From Escherichia phage vB_EcoM_SYGD1, in the sequence record MW883059: DNA of 64,000 bases. One strand, given 5' to 3'. Every line of letters starts with the position of its first letter. The first letter of the stretch is position 1. The position numbers were made by a program, and so were the translations under genes. The notes beneath the pieces are model-generated. The model did no database searches. It was not told the origin of the DNA and worked only from the letters and a program-made list of their open reading frames with translations. Below are positions 56,203-64,000 of this stretch, piece by piece.

Positions 56203-57068
56203 TATTGAGCCACCCCGATTTTCTGCGTAGCGATAACTTTAACTGCTGCTCTCATACCGACAGTTGAAGAACTTATAGTCGCCGTTACATAATTTTCTTT
56301 AATACTAAATGCAATATTAGCGATTTCGTCTTCTTCGGTTTCATTCCCAACCCGCATGACAGCATATTCAGAAGAAATGACCGTTGAATTAACAGTATCT
56401 ACAAGAATATTTATTTCTGCCGTTTTAATTTTTCTTCCATCTACCGATTGACACGTAACTAGTAATTTAGCCATATTGTATTCAGTACGATGAAATAATG
56501 GAATGTCAACTGATCCGGATGTAGAAATATTCCATGTACCTTCAGCCGGTGATTCCTTTTGGCCAAACATACTTTCAATAGAATAATTCCAAACTGACGT
56601 AGAATTATCAGATGAAATACAACGTAAAGTAACTTTACTATATGGGCTAGTTACTACCAAATTACCTGAAACACCTTTAATTGAATCAATCGCTTGAATC
56701 GTTAAAGGATTGGTAACTGATATAGATCCATTTGAGTTAATAAATTCAACGCAATCACCAAGTTCGCCTCTTTCAATGATAACTTTAACACCTACAGCAG
56801 AGGTATCAATATCGTGTCTAGTACCAACTTTCACCGGAGTTGCGTACTCTGTGATAGAATGCTTTTGATAATATCCAGTAGCATGGATAATTTGGCCGTC
56901 AGCACCAGTACCATTTGCTACTGCCATTTTACGCTGATCGCCAAACGCGTTATAAATTGCATTAAAATCACTATTAATTTTATTACCACCGTCGAATAAG
57001 ATATCACCAGTAGAAGCGTTACCAATTTCGCCGGTATCAATCAATTTCTTTGGTTCTTGAATGAACAT
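56202..57068 (-). CDS. 9: baseplate wedge protein / long tail fibre socket
   Basis: 288 aa MFIQEPKKLIDTGEIGNASTGDILFDGGNKINSDFNAIYNAFG... Confidence 0.92.
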   Translation of the reverse strand: MFIQEPKKLIDTGEIGNASTGDILFDGGNKINSDFNAIYNAFGDQRKMAVANGTGADGQIIHATGYYQKHSITEYATPVKVGTRHDIDTSAVGVKVIIERGELGDCVEFINSNGSISVTNPLTIQAIDSIKGVSGNLVVTSPYSKVTLRCISSDNSTSVWNYSIESMFGQKESPAEGTWNISTSGSVDIPLFHRTEYNMAKLLVTCQSVDGRKIKTAEINILVDTVNSTVISSEYAVMRVGNETEEDEIANIAFSIKENYVTATISSSTVGMRAAVKVIATQKIGVAQ

Positions 57069-57093
57069 AGCGGTTTCCTTATGAGTTTATAGT

Positions 57094-57101
57094 ATTTATA
57101 A
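57094..57101 (-). promoter_or_regulatory. late promoter for gene 9
   Basis: TATTTATA on + strand 26 nt upstream of gene 9 ATG. Confidence 0.5.
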
Positions 57102-57108
57102 AGAAAAA

Positions 57109-57126
57109 GGGAGCCCATGGGCTCCC
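57109..57126 (-). terminator. hairpin after gene 8
   Basis: GGGAGCC-CATG-GGCTCCC immediately after the gene 8 stop. Confidence 0.55.
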
Positions 57127-57131
57127 TTAAT

Positions 57132-58136
57132 TTAAAATGTAAACAGAATATTGATTTCTTCTGTCTGATCCATTGCCATGATAATAGGTGGCCTATTTTC
57201 CATATAAATCATTTCGCCCGAATGCCTCATTAAATCTTCTGGATCATAATAATCCTTTTCAGCTTTAACATTTGGGTCATTTGGATGAGCTTTAGCTTCA
57301 AGAGGATTTGTGATTATTGATATTTGTCTAAATCCTTTATTTCCTGGCAATGCAGCATCAGGAAAGTAAACTGAATCTAAATATGCTTTAAAACGGATAG
57401 TATTTGCCTTAACCCGGTAAATTAATCCAAAATCATCTTGTTGCCAAGTGAGATTATCTTCATACCCCCATCTAGTTGGATCTTCTTTTAATTCCTCAGG
57501 CCAAGGAACTACGATATATTCATTTGTGCATCTATTTATAGATACATCGGGCGGAATCTCAAAAAGATATTCCCAAACATATCCGTCTCCAGGTTCGATT
57601 GTTCCTTCCACATCTCCTCGACCTTCAGGAGGAGTCATTGACCTAACAGAAGGAGTCCATTTTCCGCCTAATTTGAGGCATTCATCCTTATTAGTTAAAG
57701 ATGCTATTGAACACATTCCGGTATCAGGAACATCTAAACAACGATATACTAACCAGCCTGCGCCTGATTCAGTAGCGTTGTAAGGAGCTGAGTTACACAC
57801 TACAATATCGTTAATTCTAAATGTGTATGGATCCGGATATCTAGTATCTCCCCAATCTCTGCGAGGAATAACAGCGTCAAGCATTGATGGAAGAACTTTT
57901 ACTGTTCCCATCATATGCGTCCACATGTCAGTTACGCCTAATACAGAATCGGTTGGATAAGGTGGGGCAAAGCCCACCTCATTTTCATTTGATGACCACG
58001 GTTCTGATCTTCCAAATGTGATAAAGATAGTGTTTTTATCCGGACCACTCCCAATTGAATTATAAAAATTCAACATTTTTTCTGTTCTAAATTTTGAAGT
58101 AACTATCGCACGATAGATAACACTTGAATCATTCAT
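57132..58136 (-). CDS. 8: baseplate wedge protein
   Basis: 334 aa MNDSSVIYRAIVTSKFRTEKMLNFYNSIGSG... Confidence 0.92.
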   Translation of the reverse strand: MNDSSVIYRAIVTSKFRTEKMLNFYNSIGSGPDKNTIFITFGRSEPWSSNENEVGFAPPYPTDSVLGVTDMWTHMMGTVKVLPSMLDAVIPRRDWGDTRYPDPYTFRINDIVVCNSAPYNATESGAGWLVYRCLDVPDTGMCSIASLTNKDECLKLGGKWTPSVRSMTPPEGRGDVEGTIEPGDGYVWEYLFEIPPDVSINRCTNEYIVVPWPEELKEDPTRWGYEDNLTWQQDDFGLIYRVKANTIRFKAYLDSVYFPDAALPGNKGFRQISIITNPLEAKAHPNDPNVKAEKDYYDPEDLMRHSGEMIYMENRPPIIMAMDQTEEINILFTF

Positions 58137-61100
58137 CTATTTTAACCTGTGTTGGATTTTCAGGGTCTCTTGGATTTCCTATATTATCTTTTAGACGTTT
58201 ATTAACTAAATCCCTAAACTGTGCAAATGTTGTTCCAGATGCGTCAAATAGAGGACTCATTAACTTGCGTCGTTCAGAAGGCAATTGACCTTGAAATATT
58301 GAATTATTATTTTCAGCATTATAGTCATCAGGAAGAGGATATTCTACACCAGCCATTGGGCCAGGTTCATAAATTGCTTCGCCTGTTACTGAGTCATGCT
58401 CAATTTCACCGGTTGGAGTTAATTTAGCTACTCTATCAGCATATTCAGTAGGCAATCCAGAATCCCATTTATAGTTTTTGTATTTATTAATTATAGTCTC
58501 TGTATGTTTAAGAGTTAAACCAACATTAATAAACATTGTTAAAAGGGTAATTGCTATAAATCCAAATCCTACTGGATGAACAAAACGAATAACGTCAGAT
58601 TTCCAGCGGGAAGAAGGTAAATTGGATTTAATTTTCATTACATAATATGATCTACTTCTATTAATATAGTCTATATTATTTTGAAGCAAATCCTTTCCTT
58701 TAACCCCGCGAATAATTTCGCCTTCGAAACTAGGGAGTCTTTCTGCTTTAACTTCTTGACCGGCAATTAATCTTCCCAAAAGATTATGAATAGTTACGGT
58801 CCATTGCAATTTGCCATTGGAATAGCTTCTTTCTATATAAGTAACATTACATCTTCCTGTAGCAGTATAAATCGTTTGTCCTACTAAATCTTCAGTCAAA
58901 GAATCAGATTGAACGATTATATCATATTCAGTACCAGCCCCAGATTCAATTTCAATTTCAACTTCTTCATTATAAAGAACTTTAAAAAGAAATTTGTATG
59001 ATGCTTCAATTCCTTTAGTAGAATAAAAATCATAGCTACGTGATTCAAAAAATCTTGCAACAGCATCACGTTTGTCAGCATTTAAATAAATGTTTCTTTT
59101 ATATATCTCTGACCACAAATATTCCCACGCATGCTCTTCTCGCGGATATTGGTTACGAATTAAATTTCGTAAATTATTATACTGAGTTCCATATCCATCA
59201 GAAAGATACTGAATATATGCTTCGCAGAATGCCTCAAAATTAGAATCCTGTAGCAAATAAGAATCAGGCATCATTGTGCCAATCAATGGTCTTAAATCAG
59301 GATCAGCTAATCCATGCTCTTCTTCCGGGGACCAAGGAGTTTCACGCTCTTGGTTTTGTAAAAATGCTTTTAAAAATATTCCAGTTGGCTTCCAAATTAT
59401 TTCAACCGTGTCTCTCACTCGATAGTTAAAATCATAGTAAGAAATTATTTCACCAGAAGATTTATAAAAAAGCATCCCAGACGCGTATTTTTTAAATCCC
59501 GTGAATTTAACATTTGGCATTACTATCGTACAATCACCATCATCCCAATATTCATGAACTAATCTATCTGGCGATGTTTCCGGAATATTTTCTATAACTT
59601 TAGTGTATTTTAAATCAGCATAAACTACTACAGCTCTATCAGAGTTGTTTATCCAACAGCGTGTGTTAGATTTTTTAGACCAGTTAAAGAATGGTTCTGC
59701 ATAGTATTTCATCGGCTGAGGTGTAAAAGTTTCCCAATCAGATTTTTCATCTGCTATAAATGCCATCATATGATAATGCTTATCAGCTAGCCATTCACGA
59801 GGAAATTCATATTTAACAGCACCGATTAACTGATATTTCGCTGCAGTTTCAGGGTCATTAACAATGTTATCACTTAAAAATTTAAAATTACTCGAAGACA
59901 GAGAAACTAATTTACCATCAGTTGACATATTCGCATATCCAGGTTGAATACGTCTTCTTTCTTCTTCAGTGTTGCCAAAAACTCTTTTCCATGTTTTTTC
60001 GTCATGATTTAAAACATATATTCCTTTATCGGCAGAATCAATTATTTTTGATGTTCTAGGATTAGCATTTAATGTTTCAACTTCACCAATAATAAGAGCA
60101 AAAACTTTATCACCGACAGAATCCATTTTATAGCATACTGCTTTAGGATTTCCAGTTATAGTCATCGTATCAGGTTCAAATAGCCTTTCCGAATATGTTG
60201 GAGATAATGGGTCAGAATCTATAGGTGCATTACTCGTTTTTATGTATCTAACTTTGTCTCTGGCGACAACGTAAATGTAATCATCGGTGCAAGTAATAGC
60301 TTCTGCAATGCGGTATACATTAGCTGGCAAAGTCGCGTAAGTGGCAAAAATTTCTACATCAAATCCTAGATGTAATTGGTCGCCAAGTTTAGCAAATGTT
60401 ATATCCTGCGAACTAAATCTGACATCATCAGCTGACCATCTAACATCAGTAGATTTGCGGCCATAGAAAATCTTGTCGTATCCTAGAACGTATGTTGTGT
60501 TTGCAGATTGGTAATATACTGTCTTAGATAAAGGATATCCTACGCGGTCATTGAAGAGTTTTACAGCTTTCCAAGTTTGTCCTTTATCATTAGATACTTT
60601 AACTACAGGTTGATAACGCTCAAAAAGATATAGAATCCCTTCTGATTCCATCAAATAAACTCGGTTAATATCCTTACATACTTGCTGAATAGAACCTTGT
60701 ATTTCATGATACTCATTTTCACCAATAATAAAATTACTTATTGATGAAACATCAACATATGATGGGCTGAATTGAAACGATTCGTTCATCAATGCAGCCA
60801 TTATAGTGTCATTGTTAAAATTGACATAGTCAGAATTATTAAGAGTAAATTTTTCCTGAATGAATTTATTAGCTAATTGCATTTCAATCATGTTTTGAAA
60901 TATATAAGCGTTTGTAGCAAAAGTTTCAAACTCTTCAGTATAAATCCAATCAGACTGCTCAAAATCCTGCGCAGCTGTAGCTACTCTAATAATGTACGAT
61001 GTCAATGGATTAGCGTTATCAAAAAAGAAGCTGTTATTTGCAGTATATCCTAAGTTAATCCATCTGTATTGATTACTCGGGAGATTTTCCCCCGAGTTTG

Positions 61101-61227
61101 TTTTTGTCTCAGCGATTTCTACAAAATAGTAGAAATTAGCACCAACGTCATCCCAGCGTACTTGCACCTGATTTGCGGATAACTTGGAAATTCTGAGACT
61201 AGTGACTGAAGGTGCTTTTACTGTCAT
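58129..61227 (-). CDS. 7: baseplate wedge initiator
   Basis: 1032 aa; start overlaps gene 6 stop. Confidence 0.93.
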   Translation of the reverse strand: MTVKAPSVTSLRISKLSANQVQVRWDDVGANFYYFVEIAETKTNSGENLPSNQYRWINLGYTANNSFFFDNANPLTSYIIRVATAAQDFEQSDWIYTEEFETFATNAYIFQNMIEMQLANKFIQEKFTLNNSDYVNFNNDTIMAALMNESFQFSPSYVDVSSISNFIIGENEYHEIQGSIQQVCKDINRVYLMESEGILYLFERYQPVVKVSNDKGQTWKAVKLFNDRVGYPLSKTVYYQSANTTYVLGYDKIFYGRKSTDVRWSADDVRFSSQDITFAKLGDQLHLGFDVEIFATYATLPANVYRIAEAITCTDDYIYVVARDKVRYIKTSNAPIDSDPLSPTYSERLFEPDTMTITGNPKAVCYKMDSVGDKVFALIIGEVETLNANPRTSKIIDSADKGIYVLNHDEKTWKRVFGNTEEERRRIQPGYANMSTDGKLVSLSSSNFKFLSDNIVNDPETAAKYQLIGAVKYEFPREWLADKHYHMMAFIADEKSDWETFTPQPMKYYAEPFFNWSKKSNTRCWINNSDRAVVVYADLKYTKVIENIPETSPDRLVHEYWDDGDCTIVMPNVKFTGFKKYASGMLFYKSSGEIISYYDFNYRVRDTVEIIWKPTGIFLKAFLQNQERETPWSPEEEHGLADPDLRPLIGTMMPDSYLLQDSNFEAFCEAYIQYLSDGYGTQYNNLRNLIRNQYPREEHAWEYLWSEIYKRNIYLNADKRDAVARFFESRSYDFYSTKGIEASYKFLFKVLYNEEVEIEIESGAGTEYDIIVQSDSLTEDLVGQTIYTATGRCNVTYIERSYSNGKLQWTVTIHNLLGRLIAGQEVKAERLPSFEGEIIRGVKGKDLLQNNIDYINRSRSYYVMKIKSNLPSSRWKSDVIRFVHPVGFGFIAITLLTMFINVGLTLKHTETIINKYKNYKWDSGLPTEYADRVAKLTPTGEIEHDSVTGEAIYEPGPMAGVEYPLPDDYNAENNNSIFQGQLPSERRKLMSPLFDASGTTFAQFRDLVNKRLKDNIGNPRDPENPTQVKIDE

Positions 61228-63206
61228 TGTGATATAGGCTCCAAATCGATAGTTAAGTATTGTGGACGTAAATCATTTTCAAATACAATCAGTGAACCAT
61301 CGCGTGTGAAAATAACATCGTCTATTGGATCAGAATATAGCTCAATAGTCTGAACCTCAAATTTATCGGATGTTAAATTAATTTTAGCGATATTCCAATA
61401 AATCACATCAGCTGGATAATTTATTTCACCGATAACATAGTATTTGTCGCGTCCATCAGAATTTGCTAATTTGTTAAAATCGTTGCCTGTATATGGCTGA
61501 ATGTTTTCATTTTCTGTAACATCGCCAGAAGCAAATGGACCAATAATAACTTTACCAATTCCTTTAGAATCTCGGTCTGTTGATACTATGCGAACGTCAT
61601 ATAATACATCTTCTTCTAAACCAGTATCAGGATTTACAACCTTTCGTCCAGAATTAAATGAAAACGTATTAGATTCCATAGAACGATCTTTTATTTGATT
61701 ATTGTATTTAATACCTGCTTCAGGCGTTTTATAGAAGTTTTGTACTTCACGAACAATTTGAATTGTCGCTGATGAGCCAATGATAGAATGATCTGCATCA
61801 TCTACATATGTCAACATCTTAGATTTAGCGAAAGATGAATTAAAAATTTCTACATCTTCGGTATAATAACGATCAATTTTATCAATTATTTGACCTTCAA
61901 GCCACTGTTCGGATTCTTGCAGCTTATTTAAAGCATATGTGACTTTTAAATTAGTCTTAATAAAAAGATAATTAGGAGAAATAATTGATGGCGTAATAGG
62001 AGCTAAATTATAGTCTTTGAGATAATTTTTAATATCTTCACGCTGTACAGTAGTTAAATACAGACCTGATTTAGGTTTAGCAGCAATAAATGCATAACCA
62101 GGTTTAGTAGAATCAGTGAAAGTCTGAACTGCTTGAATAATAGAACCAAATCTCTCTGAAACGAATGTATCATAGTCAGTCGCAGTTACGCAGCGTTGCT
62201 GGGTTTCGCGTTTAATAGTACCCAATTCGCGGATACGCTCAATATCTTCTGGATCACCGCCGCCATCTGCCCCAACAAAATCTGGGTCATCGTTTGGATT
62301 TTCATTAATATTGATGACAGTTATATTTGTTAATGTATCTGCGTATGAAAATCCGACTGCTCCGTTCGCGTCAGCACCATTAGTACTGATGTACTCAATA
62401 ACAATCGTAGAGTTCTGAGTAGGTTTAAGACCTCCGATATAATTAGCGGTCAAAGCTCCTTCAGAAGCATTAACAGAAATTTCACCTTCACCAAAATAGA
62501 ATTCAGTATTTCCATCAATAGTTTCACGCATGTAGTAAATTGTCGATGTAGAACCAGCATGAACCATTGACTTTCTTGTCCAGTTAATCCATTCTGCTCC
62601 ATCAACGTATAATTTAACCTGGTTTCTATCAATATTTTTATCATAAATGATAATAGGTGTTAATTTATCATAAATGATTTCAGTTCTTACTATACGTCCC
62701 TGGGCCAATTTTAAACGCGGAAAATATTGGTTATTTTTATCACGAATAGCAATAACGTCTTCGGTAGAAACGAAGTTATATGGATTAACAGAAGTATCTT
62801 TTGCATATGCTAAAAAGCGAGTTCCGCGAGGAATAGTAATGTAATTCCTATTCAATGCGTCGGTGCATGTTAACATAATTTCGGTCTGCGCAGCGGATTT
62901 TGAAGTAGGTAAATATCCGTTATCTTGTGCAGCTTGAACAACTGAACTTCGTAAGTTAGCAGTACGCATAAAGCTTTCATACACAGCAGCATTACCAAAC
63001 TGTTGAATGTACAATGTATTATAAGCTAAAAGGTCACACAGAACGTTTAATCTTGAGCCTTCAAAATCATAATCCAAAAATTCATTTTGGCCATTAAGCC
63101 GTTCAATGAGGTTTTGTTTTATTTCAGCAAACGTACCCCCGACGAATATCTCGGGAATAGCATTTGCTGTTCTTGTTAATTGATAATTTACAGGGGTATT
63201 TGCCAT
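61224..63206 (-). CDS. 6: baseplate wedge protein
   Basis: 660 aa MANTPVNYQLTRTANAIPEIFVGGTFAEIKQNLIERL... Confidence 0.93.
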   Translation of the reverse strand: MANTPVNYQLTRTANAIPEIFVGGTFAEIKQNLIERLNGQNEFLDYDFEGSRLNVLCDLLAYNTLYIQQFGNAAVYESFMRTANLRSSVVQAAQDNGYLPTSKSAAQTEIMLTCTDALNRNYITIPRGTRFLAYAKDTSVNPYNFVSTEDVIAIRDKNNQYFPRLKLAQGRIVRTEIIYDKLTPIIIYDKNIDRNQVKLYVDGAEWINWTRKSMVHAGSTSTIYYMRETIDGNTEFYFGEGEISVNASEGALTANYIGGLKPTQNSTIVIEYISTNGADANGAVGFSYADTLTNITVININENPNDDPDFVGADGGGDPEDIERIRELGTIKRETQQRCVTATDYDTFVSERFGSIIQAVQTFTDSTKPGYAFIAAKPKSGLYLTTVQREDIKNYLKDYNLAPITPSIISPNYLFIKTNLKVTYALNKLQESEQWLEGQIIDKIDRYYTEDVEIFNSSFAKSKMLTYVDDADHSIIGSSATIQIVREVQNFYKTPEAGIKYNNQIKDRSMESNTFSFNSGRKVVNPDTGLEEDVLYDVRIVSTDRDSKGIGKVIIGPFASGDVTENENIQPYTGNDFNKLANSDGRDKYYVIGEINYPADVIYWNIAKINLTSDKFEVQTIELYSDPIDDVIFTRDGSLIVFENDLRPQYLTIDLEPISQ

Positions 63207-63214
63207 TTTAAATC

Positions 63215-63508
63215 CTATTTAATGAATACTTTAGATGATGCCTGAGCCACAGTATCACCGCATGATATTGGATCAGCCATTTGAACAGCTTTCTTTCCAG
63301 TGACATATACCTTAGAAGTTCTGGGTTGTGTCACTCCGCCATGTGTTTCATATGGCTTTTTAATTTCTGTATGTTCTGTAATTGGATCACCTGCTACGAG
63401 AACAGCAATTCCTCCAGTGAATACTTTACTTTGTGTAGCATTCACAACTGTTGGAGGCCATGCTTCATGACCAGCAGTAACACATTTATCATAACTTAAT
63501 CCTGACAT
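63215..63508 (-). CDS. 5.4: PAAR-like spike tip protein
   Basis: 97 aa [26 protein letters not shown]...; size and position match T4 gp5.4. Confidence 0.8.
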
Positions 63509-64000
63509 CTATGACCTCTCATACACATAGCTTCTTAATTTATTAGCCCAACGACTCCAATTTCCAACTATAGTTTTAGTATAATTTTTAACGAGAGTTT
63601 TTCTTACTGGAGCAGGAGGATCTGTCGGTTCAGTAGTATCAGAAGATGACCTAGAATTACTGCCAGAACCTCCAGATTCACTTTGTTCTTGGTAGTCATA
63701 TATTAATGTTACTTCGTAAGTGAATGTCTTCTGGAGGTTTTGAGGAGCTTTCCATAAATACAACTGAGTATCAGAATCAGTAGGAAGTTCTTCCCATGAA
63801 GCAGCAGTTTTAAATTCATCGCCTAAACGATATTTCAACGCGTCATTTCCAAATCCAAACACAGATTCATATGTTCCGTATAAGCGATTTTCTTCTACTA
63901 AAACCCCAGGAGTTTCTTCGTAACTAGTTATATTTATAGATACTAACGTTTCACCTGTTTCTAATTGAGCGGTAAAGGTGACGTCGATAGAAGAACCTTC
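63509..64000 (-). CDS. hypothetical protein between gene 5 and 5.4, 5' end beyond window
   Basis: Frame is open from the window edge down to the stop at 63509-63511; ORF track start at 63862 is a GTG, so the true start is probably upstream; Ser/Thr/Pro-rich C-terminal tail. Confidence 0.5.

Overview
This window is a T4-like (Tevenvirinae) myovirus genome segment with the canonical T4 gene order, as far as I can recall it without database access. The + strand carries an early/middle block (1-21.5 kb): td (split by a group I intron), nrdA, a mobE-like HNH endonuclease, nrdB, denA, rnlA, alc, the spanin pair, pseT, cd, gene 31, rIII, the 30.x ORFs, DNA ligase and alt. From about 21.5 kb the window is dominated by late structural genes, almost all on the - strand (baseplate hub 54/48/29/28/27/51, head 24-20, tail 19/18, terminase 17/16, neck, fibritin, short tail fibre, baseplate wedge 12-6, 5.4), interrupted by + strand genes 26/25/uvsY and inh/hoc/rnlB. 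I see no tRNA, rRNA or CRISPR array. The most interesting signals are: (1) the td intron is present but its I-TevI homing endonuclease ORF is reduced to a 3' stub, while nrdB is uninterrupted; (2) three free-standing HNH endonuclease genes at nrdA/nrdB, uvsW/uvsW.1 and gene 18/19, the last two not in the T4 arrangement as I recall it; (3) a truncated paralogue of the Alt N-terminus ending exactly at a 54-bp promoter cassette that is duplicated upstream of alc; (4) PeSL-like early promoters with inverted repeats around the -10; (5) NADAR-like (30.3) and DUF4326-like (nrdA.1 position) proteins next to the Alt ADP-ribosyltransferase. Nothing here looks like a wholly new multi-gene system; the novelty is in the mobile-element and recombination scars. 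All homology statements come from reading the translations and from memory, not from searches.
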